NCBI GenBank assembly: GCA_964455375.1 | Contig: CAYVXE010000003.1 | Coordinates: forward strand, 2,522-66,521 | DNA length: 64,000 nt | Direction of reading: 5' to 3' | DNA from: an uncultured Calditrichaceae bacterium | Lineage (GTDB): Bacteria > Zhuqueibacterota > Zhuqueibacteria > Oceanimicrobiales > Oceanimicrobiaceae | In this document: positions 20,619-30,771 of the stretch, one piece after another | Layout of the letters: each line of letters opens with the position of its first letter | Position numbering within the stretch: the stretch's first letter is position 1 | Made by a program: the position numbers and the translations under genes | Notes under the pieces: generated by a model | Databases searched by the model: none | Seen by the model: the letters and a program-made list of their open reading frames with translations, nothing else | What the model was told of the DNA's origin: nothing

Positions 20619-23600
20619 TCAATTGCTTAGCGTTCCCTGAGCCTGTTCTTTGGCCAGGGCGTCAAAATACTTTTGGATAAGTTCACGGTAGTCTTTTGAA
20701 TATCCTTCTTTAAGTGCTTTTAAGAGCTCACTTTTTAAACGGATAGACTCTGTCCGGCCAAAATCCGGAAGCGCGCCCGGACTCAAAGCTTGCACCTGTT
20801 TTCCGGTTTTAGCCCGACGCTTATTGCTGAAATCTCTGCTATGCATGGACTTTTGCGCATCCAACAGTCGGGACAAGATGTTCTTCTGCCGGTCAATCGT
20901 TTTTCGGTTCACATTTTTGCGCATGAGATCATTCACTACATCGGCCATTTCGTTCCCCACCTTTTCCAGGTCGCCGAGGATCTCCGAACGGTTTTTGTAT
21001 TCCTTATTTAATTGTTCGAGCGATTTCCGCAGTGCTTCCTGTTGTGCCGCCAGGCGTTGCATAGCAGCGCCCTGTTCCATACTCATGCCCGGCTTCTGAC
21101 CCAGCTCGGATGTTTGCTGGTTGAGACTTTTTTGCTGGCCGGAAATTCCCATGAGCTGCTGCATCATTTCCTGGAAACCAATCCCCGATGAGGCGCCGCT
21201 CATGCTCTGCATGGAATTATGAAGCTGTGAAACGGCTTCATTCAGCCCTCCCATGGCCTGTGCCTGATTTCGCGTTGTTCTGCTGGAATTTCTCGCTTCA
21301 TATTGCTGCAACGCTTTCTGCATTCCGCTGATTGATTTACCCAGTGCCTGCCCAATTTGCGGTGTAATAAAAAACGTCTCTTGCGAAAGGTCATAGAGTT
21401 GGTTTGTCACTCGGGAAAGTCCCGAGAGTAAATTTTCCTGCTCATCTGCCAATTCGGTCATGCCCGGCGTGTTCCGGTCTGTCCCCTCGGTCTTTTTCAT
21501 CAATGCTTCTTGGCGTTTTGACAGATTTAACAAGTCGTTGGAAGAGCGCTTAAACGCCTGCATGAGTTTCTGTTTCTCCTTTTCCGTCATCTGCTCTTTT
21601 GCAGACTGCAACGATTGCAGCATTTGTTTTAGATTCTGAGAAATCTGTTGCCCGGATTGCTGAGCATTTTGCATGTCGCCGGACTGAAACTGATTTGCCG
21701 CCTGCTGCATCTGCTCCTGTAGTTGCGCCCCCGCCTGTTCTTTGGCTTTTTGCATGTCTTCCTGCGGCATCTGCGGAAATTCTCCCATCTGCTTTGAAAG
21801 TTTCGTTAAATCCTTTTCGAGGCTTTGAGTGTCTTGTTTGATTCCCTCTTGATCTTTGGCGTATTTTTCCGATTTCTTTGTATTTTGGGATTCGCCAGCC
21901 TGCTTGTTTAACGCTTCCTGGCGCCGAACAAGTTCCTGCGCTTTTCGCACCATTTCATCCATTTTCTGCTCAATTTGCAATTTCTTCAGTAAATTCACCG
22001 TCCGCTCCATTCCTTTCAAAAAGTCTTCCTGGGACTCAGACAGTTTCTTTACCGCTTCCTGAAGCTTTTGCGGATTCAATTGGTCCATTGACTTTTGCAA
22101 TTCGGCGAGCGCCTTTTTCAAATCTTCCGTGAGCAGCTCTTGCATCAATTGCTGTAACTCACGATATTTATCCAATGTTTCCTGAGAAAGCAAATCATTC
22201 TGCTCCAGTCGGTTAACCATCTCATCCAACTTATTTTGCAACTCCTGCACTTTCTCCTGCACTTTCTCCTGAGCTTGAACCGCATCCTGAATCTTTTGTT
22301 TTTCCTCCCAATTCAGGTCTGGATTGCGCTTCATTTGCTGCACAGCATTATCGAGAGTTGCTTTGAGTGATTTACTTTCCTCCACAAGACTTTTTAACTC
22401 ATCATACGTCTCATCCTGACTCTCCGCAACTTCGTCAAAAATCTCATTCATGGAAGGCAACCGAACGCGGTATTCTTCACTTTTGGCGCTTTTGGGTCCT
22501 GAAACGTCGTCATTATCGAAAACCTCGGCGAAATAACTAACGACATCTCCGGGAGAGAGGCCGTAACCGCCAAGGCTCCAGTTATGATTAACTAATATTT
22601 GATCAGCAGAAGGAGATGGCAGTGGTAGTTGGAGAACCTGTTCTTCTTTAGCTTCAAATCCGCCGCTTAAAACCTGAAATCGCAATCTCAATTGTGAAAA
22701 ACCAAAATCGTCTTGTGCTTCAATACTTAACGGTAAAATCATATCCTTGCCGAGATCAACATCCCGTCCCGGAAAAGCAATTTGTACAAAAGGTATCTGA
22801 TCGGCAATCGTCTCGATGCGATAATTTATTGGAGAATCGTTGGTAAGATGTAATTGGTCTTGCAAAAAAATCTGATAGCTGCCGCTTTTGTTGAGGACAA
22901 ACTGCCCGGAAAGTTCCTGTCCCGAATGTTTGAGCGAGACATTTTTCCCGTCGTTAAATCGAATACTCGCATCGGAAACCGGTTTGTTTGACAACAGCTT
23001 CAACGTGACTTTTGAGCCACGTAACGCAGAAATATCCCCGACATTTTCATCCAAATACTGTGTCCCCAATTTCGAGTATTCCGGAAATGAAATACTCGCC
23101 TGCAAACTGCGGACAAACGGTCGTTCAACCACAGAAATGGCGTACGTTTCCGTTTGTTGTTTCCCTTTTCGAAAATAGTATTCCGTCTCTTCCTTAATCG
23201 CCGGGATCGTATAAACAAACTGGTTCTGGTCAGATGAGGCAAGTTTAATCTCTTCGAATCTTTCAGCAGATGTTTTCTTTAAAAACAATCCTATCTCCGA
23301 CCCCTCCAGTCCCGAAACAAACGCTTTTATTGGAACATCGTCCCCTTTCACGGCCTGATAGTTACCCGGCGCTACTTTAATTGTTACGACCGGCCCGGCA
23401 TTAAATTCCCGAAACGGATGGCTTAACCTAAACGCGGCGTCTTGCAGTGTAACCGGGAAGAGAGCAAAAACCACTACACATAAAACGGTAAATCCTGCCA
23501 CGGGTTTTAACCAACGAATAACTTTTTGACGGTCGGCCACATCACAAAAGTTGATGTTTTTCGTTTCAGAAAAAATCGACTCAAGAGAAGCATTCGCTAA

Positions 23601-23993
23601 TTCCCTTGAATGACTTCCTGTGCCACGACAACTTTCCCGATAAACTTGCAGCGCGTCTGCCAAGCGGTCCTTTATCTGTGAATGAAACTTGCCAACTTTT
23701 AACGCCAGGACAATATCATCCGGTTTTTTTTGTTTTAAAGCCATTAATATCAATGGTTTAATTACAAACCATATTAAAGAAAAGAACAATGTGAGTAAAC
23801 TGAATACGGCCAAGACAGTCCTGATTGGGGATGAAAACCGAAAAAGTGATTCAAATAAAGTCGACAGTACCGACAGAACCACGATGATGAGAAAGCCAAT
23901 AAGCAGGCCCCGCAAAAGGCTAAACTTTTTTTCGCGTCGGCGTAATTTCGCCAGACGGTCTACCAGACTTTTATATTGTTGCTCAACCTTCAT
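20619..23993 (-). CDS. Large membrane-anchored coiled-coil protein (double-TM N-terminus, possible DUF4175-like)
   Basis: 1124 aa. Two N-terminal TM helices and a third near residue 170, a beta-rich middle region and a roughly 450-aa K/E/Q-rich coiled-coil C-terminus. The family name comes from recalled architecture and was not checked. Confidence 0.55.
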   Translation of the reverse strand: MKVEQQYKSLVDRLAKLRRREKKFSLLRGLLIGFLIIVVLSVLSTLFESLFRFSSPIRTVLAVFSLLTLFFSLIWFVIKPLILMALKQKKPDDIVLALKVGKFHSQIKDRLADALQVYRESCRGTGSHSRELANASLESIFSETKNINFCDVADRQKVIRWLKPVAGFTVLCVVVFALFPVTLQDAAFRLSHPFREFNAGPVVTIKVAPGNYQAVKGDDVPIKAFVSGLEGSEIGLFLKKTSAERFEEIKLASSDQNQFVYTIPAIKEETEYYFRKGKQQTETYAISVVERPFVRSLQASISFPEYSKLGTQYLDENVGDISALRGSKVTLKLLSNKPVSDASIRFNDGKNVSLKHSGQELSGQFVLNKSGSYQIFLQDQLHLTNDSPINYRIETIADQIPFVQIAFPGRDVDLGKDMILPLSIEAQDDFGFSQLRLRFQVLSGGFEAKEEQVLQLPLPSPSADQILVNHNWSLGGYGLSPGDVVSYFAEVFDNDDVSGPKSAKSEEYRVRLPSMNEIFDEVAESQDETYDELKSLVEESKSLKATLDNAVQQMKRNPDLNWEEKQKIQDAVQAQEKVQEKVQELQNKLDEMVNRLEQNDLLSQETLDKYRELQQLMQELLTEDLKKALAELQKSMDQLNPQKLQEAVKKLSESQEDFLKGMERTVNLLKKLQIEQKMDEMVRKAQELVRRQEALNKQAGESQNTKKSEKYAKDQEGIKQDTQSLEKDLTKLSKQMGEFPQMPQEDMQKAKEQAGAQLQEQMQQAANQFQSGDMQNAQQSGQQISQNLKQMLQSLQSAKEQMTEKEKQKLMQAFKRSSNDLLNLSKRQEALMKKTEGTDRNTPGMTELADEQENLLSGLSRVTNQLYDLSQETFFITPQIGQALGKSISGMQKALQQYEARNSSRTTRNQAQAMGGLNEAVSQLHNSMQSMSGASSGIGFQEMMQQLMGISGQQKSLNQQTSELGQKPGMSMEQGAAMQRLAAQQEALRKSLEQLNKEYKNRSEILGDLEKVGNEMADVVNDLMRKNVNRKTIDRQKNILSRLLDAQKSMHSRDFSNKRRAKTGKQVQALSPGALPDFGRTESIRLKSELLKALKEGYSKDYRELIQKYFDALAKEQAQGTLSN

Positions 23994-24001
23994 TTTGACC
24001 C

Positions 24002-24679
24002 TCAGTTGGTCAGAGCGTAAACGATGATGTTCGTTCCCATTTCAAATGCTTTTTGCCGGATATTTTCAGGATCTCCGTGGACTTCCGGGTCAGCCCACCC
24101 ATCTGAAATATTTGTATCGAATGTATAAAATACGACCATTCGCCCATCGTGAAAGATTCCGTAGGTTTTCGGAGGGCCGCCGTCATGTTCGTGAATTTTG
24201 GGAGAGCCGCTGGGAAAATTAAAGTGGTTATGAAAAATTTCGTGAGAAAACGGAAGTTCAACTAATTTTTTATCCGGAAAAACTTTTTTAATTTCTTCAC
24301 GAAAAGACTTGTCCATTCCATAATCGTCATCAGCATACAAAAATCCACCTGCAAGTAAATACTTTCGTAATCGTTCGGCTTCACTTTTTGAAAAAGAAAT
24401 TTTTCCGTGGCCGGTCATAAACAACACGGGATAGGAAAATAACTCCTCATCACTAATTTCTACGACCGTTTGATCCTTTCCCGTAGTTATATTCGTATTT
24501 TTTTTCAGAAAACTCAACATATTAGGAATAATAGAAGGATCATTGTACCAATCGCCGCCGCCGCTGTATTTTAAACGCGAGATTGTGAAATCACCGCTGT
24601 CCGTTGTTGGTTGAGCAAACCCAGCGGTAACATAAAGCAAAAGTAAAAAAAGACGTAGCATTTTCGGTTTCATTAGCAA
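24002..24679 (-). CDS. DUF4159-like secreted protein (GATase1/ThuA-like fold)
   Basis: 225 aa. Signal peptide and motifs YPVLFMTGHG...LLAGGFLYADDDYG. Downstream partner of the giant TM protein. Confidence 0.5.
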   Translation of the reverse strand: MLMKPKMLRLFLLLLYVTAGFAQPTTDSGDFTISRLKYSGGGDWYNDPSIIPNMLSFLKKNTNITTGKDQTVVEISDEELFSYPVLFMTGHGKISFSKSEAERLRKYLLAGGFLYADDDYGMDKSFREEIKKVFPDKKLVELPFSHEIFHNHFNFPSGSPKIHEHDGGPPKTYGIFHDGRMVVFYTFDTNISDGWADPEVHGDPENIRQKAFEMGTNIIVYALTN

Positions 24680-24749
24680 AACAGATGTTTTTATTTCATT
24701 AAACAGAGGACTACCTGAGAGATATTTGAGTTCGGTCTGTTGTGTTCAA

Positions 24750-25259
24750 TTAATAAATTCTAAATCCTACCATAACAACCATGGCGACTGCCACCGCTAT
24801 TTTGGTCAGTTTACCACCGAGAGATCCGAGAAAAGCGCCAAAACCAACACGCAATGCTTTATCAAAGTCCTTTGTATTCATATATTCAAAAAGTGTTGCG
24901 CCGACAAATGCACCGGTGAAGGCTCCCAAAAGAGTTCCGATGACAGGAAGGATCGGTGTTCCCCAAATGGCCCCTAAAAATCCACCCAAAATAGCACCAA
25001 ACATACCCTGTTTAGACGCACCATATTTCCCGGCTGTTGCGGCTCCGATAAAAAACTCTACCCCTTCCATAATGATGGCAATGAGTAGCAGCAAACCTAG
25101 AAAACCCCATGAAATTTGAACAAAATGTGTCAGCAGAGCAAAAATAAATGCATTTGCCACAATTAGGAATGTTCCCGGAAGTCCGAGTGGAATAAGGAAC
25201 AGACCGGTAAGCATAATCACCCAAAAAATAATATGTCCGATTATTTGAAGTAAAATCAT
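24750..25259 (-). CDS. DUF456 family membrane protein
   Basis: 169 aa. Four TM helices and a G-rich GxxxG segment (GAILGGFLGAIWGTPILPVIGTLLGAFTGAFVGA) typical of DUF456/YqaE-like proteins. Confidence 0.6.
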   Translation of the reverse strand: MILLQIIGHIIFWVIMLTGLFLIPLGLPGTFLIVANAFIFALLTHFVQISWGFLGLLLLIAIIMEGVEFFIGAATAGKYGASKQGMFGAILGGFLGAIWGTPILPVIGTLLGAFTGAFVGATLFEYMNTKDFDKALRVGFGAFLGSLGGKLTKIAVAVAMVVMVGFRIY

Positions 25260-26539
25260 CAGGTTTTAATCTGAATGTAGACGTCCTTCTTTATTTTCTC
25301 AACCCATTTTTCAAATTCTTTTCGTTGCTTAAGATCCAGCGCCCATTGTTCAATTTGTTCCCAATCGTCTTTAATGTTGAGTTTGCGAGCTTTTTTTCGA
25401 TCTTCCAACAGGATCAAATGATAACCAAATTTGGTTTTTAGAGGATCGGATATCTCACCCTCTTTTAGTCCTACCACCGCTTGTTTAAAAGCTTTAATTT
25501 CGAACTGATCAACATCGAACCAACCGAGTTCTCCACCCTTTTCCGCTGTGGATTTATCCTTCGAGTACTTTTTTGCAGCGTCTGCAAAGGATATTTCACC
25601 GGCTTCAATCTGTTGTCTTAATTTATTAAGCCGTTCAACCGTAGCGACGGCATCATCCGGAGATGTGTCTACCCGGAGGAGAATATGACGCACGTCTATT
25701 TTTTCGCCGACTTTTTTCTTAAGTTGAATGATATGGAGGCCAAATTGCGTTCGGACAATTCCAGAAATTTCACCAGGATTAAGATTGAAGGCGACTTCTT
25801 CGAACTCTTTAACCAGATCGCCACGAGACATCAAGCCGAGCTCCCCACCTTTTGGAGCGGACGGACCCTCAGAATATTTTCGAGCCAGTTCGCCAAAATC
25901 TTCGCCTTTTTTTAACCGTGCCAGCAGCGCGTCCGCTTTTTTTCTGGCTTCAGCCATAGCTGCCTCGCTCGGTTCAATGTCTACTAAAATGTGCCTAAGT
26001 TTAACAGACTCGTTTACCTGAGGCAAACTATCCCGGAAAGTATTGTAAAATCGCTCTACTTCCCGCCTGGAGATTTGTATTTCATGGGCCTTTTGTTCCC
26101 TCAGGCGCTGCACCAACAATCTTTCCTTAACCTCATCCCGGAAGTCCCGTCGAATCTCACGAATTGTGGTGCCAAAATACTCTTCGACTTTCTGTTCCGA
26201 GCCCAATTGCTGCACCATGCCCTGAATCTGCTGGTCCAAAACGGCATCAATCTGTTTGTCGCTGACCTCAACACTATCTTCTTTCGCCTTCACAAGCAAA
26301 ACTTTCTGAATGATTAAATTCTCCAGCGTTTGTTTCATCAGACGCTGAAATTTTGCGGGTTCCTTTTGAACATCAATACCCATTTGCAAAGCTGTACTAT
26401 ACGAAAACTGCTCAAGTTCAGATTTAAGAATGATGTTATCATCCACAATCGCGATGATTTTATCCAGCGGGGTCTGAGAAAAAAGATTACCCGAGATGAA
26501 TAAAACAAGCATTATAACTATGTGCTTAACGTGTTTCAA
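25259..26539 (-). CDS. SurA-like periplasmic chaperone / peptidyl-prolyl isomerase (parvulin domains)
   Basis: 426 aa. Signal peptide, SurA N-terminal-like domain and PpiC/parvulin motifs (FGLHIIQL.., HILL..). Start overlaps the preceding gene by 1 nt. Confidence 0.7.
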   Translation of the reverse strand: MKHVKHIVIMLVLFISGNLFSQTPLDKIIAIVDDNIILKSELEQFSYSTALQMGIDVQKEPAKFQRLMKQTLENLIIQKVLLVKAKEDSVEVSDKQIDAVLDQQIQGMVQQLGSEQKVEEYFGTTIREIRRDFRDEVKERLLVQRLREQKAHEIQISRREVERFYNTFRDSLPQVNESVKLRHILVDIEPSEAAMAEARKKADALLARLKKGEDFGELARKYSEGPSAPKGGELGLMSRGDLVKEFEEVAFNLNPGEISGIVRTQFGLHIIQLKKKVGEKIDVRHILLRVDTSPDDAVATVERLNKLRQQIEAGEISFADAAKKYSKDKSTAEKGGELGWFDVDQFEIKAFKQAVVGLKEGEISDPLKTKFGYHLILLEDRKKARKLNIKDDWEQIEQWALDLKQRKEFEKWVEKIKKDVYIQIKT

Positions 26540-27402
26540 TTTACTTTTTCTCCTTTATTCAATAATGAATCCAGTGTTGCGGCATTGAGAAGTTGGAAAT
26601 TAGTCTGTATTTTGAATTTACTTTTCGTTTGCAGCAAAAAGCGCTGATATTTTTCCCGTTTTTTCTTCGTGGTTAATTTTAAACGAATCTCTTCTTTAAC
26701 CGTCTCAAGCTTTCTTTCATCACCTTTTTTTAGTTTGTCAAGGACAAACAAAACATGATAACCATAATTAGACTTGATCGCTCTCGTAAACCGGCCGGGG
26801 CGGACGTTAAAAACCACATTTGCAATTTCAGGAATGACATCCCCTCTCACAAAATAACCCCAATCCCAATCATCGATCTTTAGAGAGTCTCCAAAAACAG
26901 CTTTAATAATTTCAGGGAATTTCTCACCATTTGCAAGGCGTCTGCGGAAAACATTGGCGGCTTTAGTGGTTTTAAACAAAGCATGGTACGCTTTTACCAT
27001 ATCCTCTTCCAAAATAAAACTGTCTTTATTGTTTTCATAATAGGTCTTTATTTCATCTTCGGAAACCGAAATGTTATTTCCGATAGCAGTTTCAATTAAT
27101 TTACTCACTAACAATTCTTTGCGTAATCTTTCAACTTGTTTTTGCAAATCAGGACGCTCATCAAAACCTCGCTTGTCTGCTTCCTGATAGAGTACTTCAT
27201 TATTAATCCATTGCAGAACCAATTCACGGATTTCAACATCTGAAAGATCGTGCCGTATTTGAACGGGAATATCTTCGATTAAATCCGTTAAGGTCAGGGT
27301 TGCTTTACCCACTCTGGCGATGACTCTCTCATTTTCGTTTTGCTTCTTACAACTTATCACGAACAACAAAACAACACATGCTATCAGTAACCCTTTATTC
27401 AA
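26536..27402 (-). CDS. Peptidyl-prolyl cis-trans isomerase, parvulin/SurA-like
   Basis: 288 aa. Lipoprotein-like signal (VISCKK) and parvulin core (SNYGYHVLFV). Co-operonic with the previous PPIase and mfd. Confidence 0.6.
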   Translation of the reverse strand: MNKGLLIACVVLLFVISCKKQNENERVIARVGKATLTLTDLIEDIPVQIRHDLSDVEIRELVLQWINNEVLYQEADKRGFDERPDLQKQVERLRKELLVSKLIETAIGNNISVSEDEIKTYYENNKDSFILEEDMVKAYHALFKTTKAANVFRRRLANGEKFPEIIKAVFGDSLKIDDWDWGYFVRGDVIPEIANVVFNVRPGRFTRAIKSNYGYHVLFVLDKLKKGDERKLETVKEEIRLKLTTKKKREKYQRFLLQTKSKFKIQTNFQLLNAATLDSLLNKGEKVN

Positions 27403-30400
27403 AAGGAATCCTCCTCCTGTTTAGTCACAATCGGTTCGGAATTATCTTCAGGGTCGTCAGCAGCCGTTAAACTTTGCAAAAATGTTACAACTGTTTGCAA
27501 ATGTTGTTTTTTATCTCCATGCAGTGCTAACCGCAGCCCTAATCTTTTCTCCTGAATGAATTCAAACGGCTCGCTGGCATGCTCCAGAATTGAACCAAGC
27601 CACGATTTAAAATGTTCCCCTTTTAAATTTAATAGTTCGGGAATAAATTTTCCAATCATTTCTTCATTATTTACGCAAATGTAATTTAATGACAGTCTTT
27701 TTGCTAAGATTCTGATGGCGACAAAATTAAGTAAATTATCCACTGCTTCATGCAGCTTACCGAAACGATCGTGCAGCTCCTCACGGATATCATCGATGGA
27801 TTTCAGTGATTCTGCGCTTGTTAATCGTTTATAGATATCGATTCGCTCCGGTGATGCGTTCACATACTCCTCCGGTAAGTAAGCGTCGAATTCAATCTCA
27901 ACCCTGGTTTCGAATTCCGGCTGTCCCGACTCAACCGCATCATGTTCAACCTTTAGCTCCTTCACAGCTTCATCCAGAATTTTATTATAGAGATCAAAGC
28001 CCAGTGCATCGATAAACCCGGTTTGTTCTGCACCTAAAAGATTGCCGGCACCCCGGATTTCCAGATCTCTCATAGCCAGGCTGCCGCCAGAACCTATTTC
28101 AGAAAACTCTTCGATGGCATTTAATCGTTTCAGCGCATCGTGTGTGAGGGTTTCAATTGGTGGGATGAGCAAATACGCATACGCTCTTTGATGCGAACGG
28201 CCCACCCTTCCTCGCAATTGATAGAGCTGTGCTAATCCCAGCTTGTCCGCATGATCAATAATAATTGTATTCACATTCGGCATATCCAATCCGGACTCAA
28301 TGATCATGGTCGCCACTAAAATATCAAAACGCCGGTTCATAAAATCTATCATGATCCGTTCCAATTCCCGTTCATGCAACTGTCCATGCGCGCAGGCAAT
28401 TCGTGCTTCCGGTATCAGGCGTTGTAGCATTTCTTGGATTTTATGAATACTTCTGACACGGTTGTGCACAAAGAACACCTGACCGCCTCGTTCCAGTTCA
28501 CGCAAAATAACTTCACGAATATAACTTCGGTTGAAGCTTAATATTTCCGTAACAATGGGCAGCCTGTTTTTGGGAGGCGTATTAATGTTTGTCATGTCAC
28601 GAGCCCCCATAAGCGAAAACTGCAATGTTCTGGGAATCGGTGTCGCTGTTAAGGTAAGGACATCAATGGTCACACGCATCTTTTTCATTTTTTCTTTGTG
28701 GGTCACGCCGAATCTTTGCTCTTCATCGATAATTAAAAGACCGAGATTTGCAAATTCAACGTCTTTTGAAAGCAACCGGTGCGTACCGATGATAATATCG
28801 ATTGTCCCTTCTTTGAGCTTTTGAACAATCTCTTTTTGCTCCGCGCTCGTTTTGAACCGTGACAGCATTTCCACCCTTACGGGAAACTTTTCCAGACGAT
28901 CCTTAAATGTGTTAAAATGCTGATAGGCCAAAATGGTTGTCGGCACCAGCATTGCCACCTGTTTGCCGTTTTCAGCCGCTTTGAAAGCAGCACGTACCGC
29001 AACTTCTGTTTTGCCGAATCCCACATCCCCACAGACAAGCCGGTCCATAGGGCGCAGACTCTGCATGTCCTGCTTCACTTCAACGGTCGCGGTAAATTGA
29101 TCCGGCGTATCTTCAAAAGGAAACGATGCTTCCAATTCCTGCTGCCAGAGAGAATCCTCATCAAATGCATAACCGTTCTGTGCTTTCCGCTTCGCATAAA
29201 TCTCTATTAACTCTTTGGCAATGTCCTTTATTTTCCTTTTTGTGTTTGCTTTGATCCGTTGCCATTCCGGAGAACCAAGTTTACTCAACGCCGGTTGAGC
29301 ACTGTCTTTAGATGAATATTTGTTCACCCTGTCCATTCTTTCAACACGGACATAAACTTTATCTTTATCTTTGTACTCTAAATGCAAACATTCCCGTTCA
29401 TGCCCCTGAACGGTGATCTTTTTTAACCCAAGAAACCGTCCGATGCCAAAGTCTACATGGACAACAAAATCCCCGATGGCCAACTGTTTCAATTGTTTTG
29501 GTGTGAGACCCGGTGTTGTTCGTTTCAGCGCTTTCAGTCGTTTCGAGCGGCCGTAAAACTGGTGGTCGGTGAAAACGACCAAATTACCTCCCGGGTAGAC
29601 GAACCCGCGATGCAACCCCAAGGCAGCAACGGTCATATTTTCTACCAGTACCTCCTCTTCGGAGAAAATAGATTTGAGCCGTCCCGCTTGTGCCTCTGAG
29701 TCCCCTAAAAACAAAATGGTTGGCGGATCGGGATTGTTACTCAACTTTTCGCCATTAAACCTCTCCAGGCTTTCTTTAAGTAATTTTAAATTGCCATTAA
29801 AAGCAGCCTGCGGCTTACTTTGAAAGTCTATCAAATGTTCATAACGTGAACCAATGGAAACTGTATGAATTTGCTTGAACTGACGCAACGTTTTTTCTAT
29901 AAACGACCATGTTGACTCTGAATTTTGTTTTCCGTTGGACTTGTTGGGAAGAGTGGCTTCCCAATCTGTTATCTCTTTCTTTATAATGTCCGGCTCATCG
30001 AGAACAATAATCGCATCGTCTCGAAAGTAATTTAAAAGACTCTCGTTCTGTCCTTCTGTTGCTATCATCATCAACTCCAGGTCCTGCGGGAAAACCGTCA
30101 CCTTTTTAACTTGAGACGTTGACCTTTGTGTTAATGGATCAAACGTTCTGATAGATTCTATTTGATTTCCCCAGAACTCCAATCGGTATGGCGTCTCGGA
30201 CGAATACGGAAACAAATCAACAATGCCACCGCGCACACAAATCTCGCCAGGCTGCTCAACACGTGATTCATGAGCAAAACCCAAATCCACAAGCCGGGCA
30301 ACAGAAGAATCAAAATTACGTTCTTCTCCGACTTCAAAAGATACCTGCTCCCTTAAAAATTGCTCTCGACGGGGGAATTTTTCCAATAAACACGATGTGT

Positions 30401-30770
30401 GGGCCACCACAAGCTGTTCAACGTTTTGCGCCAATGCTTCCAATGTGGACAAACGAACTTCCTTTGCCGCCCCTTTCGACAGATCAATTCCTCTCCTTCT
30501 ACCAGAACTGTCAGGGAAGAAAGAGACATTCTCCACCCCAAGAAGCCGCTGTAAATCCTCTTTTATTTCCTCGGCATCCAAAGAATGCGAAGCCAGAAAA
30601 ATCACTTGTTTTGCCGTCGCCTGAAAAATGAACGCCAACATCAATGCTTTCAAGCTACCGGCAAGTCCTTTCGCGTGAACAACGGCGCTCTTTTGAAGCA
30701 GCTTTTGCAATTCCCCGGCTTGATCGGATTGCCGAAATTTTTCTAACAAAATGTCTGAAATATTTTTCAC
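27399..30770 (-). CDS. mfd: Transcription-repair coupling factor Mfd
   Basis: 1123 aa. UvrB-homology N-terminus, RNAP-interacting domain, DEAD/DEAH helicase motifs (GDVGFGKTEVA, DEEQRFG) and C-terminal TRCF domain. Confidence 0.95.
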   Translation of the reverse strand: MKNISDILLEKFRQSDQAGELQKLLQKSAVVHAKGLAGSLKALMLAFIFQATAKQVIFLASHSLDAEEIKEDLQRLLGVENVSFFPDSSGRRRGIDLSKGAAKEVRLSTLEALAQNVEQLVVAHTSCLLEKFPRREQFLREQVSFEVGEERNFDSSVARLVDLGFAHESRVEQPGEICVRGGIVDLFPYSSETPYRLEFWGNQIESIRTFDPLTQRSTSQVKKVTVFPQDLELMMIATEGQNESLLNYFRDDAIIVLDEPDIIKKEITDWEATLPNKSNGKQNSESTWSFIEKTLRQFKQIHTVSIGSRYEHLIDFQSKPQAAFNGNLKLLKESLERFNGEKLSNNPDPPTILFLGDSEAQAGRLKSIFSEEEVLVENMTVAALGLHRGFVYPGGNLVVFTDHQFYGRSKRLKALKRTTPGLTPKQLKQLAIGDFVVHVDFGIGRFLGLKKITVQGHERECLHLEYKDKDKVYVRVERMDRVNKYSSKDSAQPALSKLGSPEWQRIKANTKRKIKDIAKELIEIYAKRKAQNGYAFDEDSLWQQELEASFPFEDTPDQFTATVEVKQDMQSLRPMDRLVCGDVGFGKTEVAVRAAFKAAENGKQVAMLVPTTILAYQHFNTFKDRLEKFPVRVEMLSRFKTSAEQKEIVQKLKEGTIDIIIGTHRLLSKDVEFANLGLLIIDEEQRFGVTHKEKMKKMRVTIDVLTLTATPIPRTLQFSLMGARDMTNINTPPKNRLPIVTEILSFNRSYIREVILRELERGGQVFFVHNRVRSIHKIQEMLQRLIPEARIACAHGQLHERELERIMIDFMNRRFDILVATMIIESGLDMPNVNTIIIDHADKLGLAQLYQLRGRVGRSHQRAYAYLLIPPIETLTHDALKRLNAIEEFSEIGSGGSLAMRDLEIRGAGNLLGAEQTGFIDALGFDLYNKILDEAVKELKVEHDAVESGQPEFETRVEIEFDAYLPEEYVNASPERIDIYKRLTSAESLKSIDDIREELHDRFGKLHEAVDNLLNFVAIRILAKRLSLNYICVNNEEMIGKFIPELLNLKGEHFKSWLGSILEHASEPFEFIQEKRLGLRLALHGDKKQHLQTVVTFLQSLTAADDPEDNSEPIVTKQEEDSF

Positions 30771-30771
30771 T

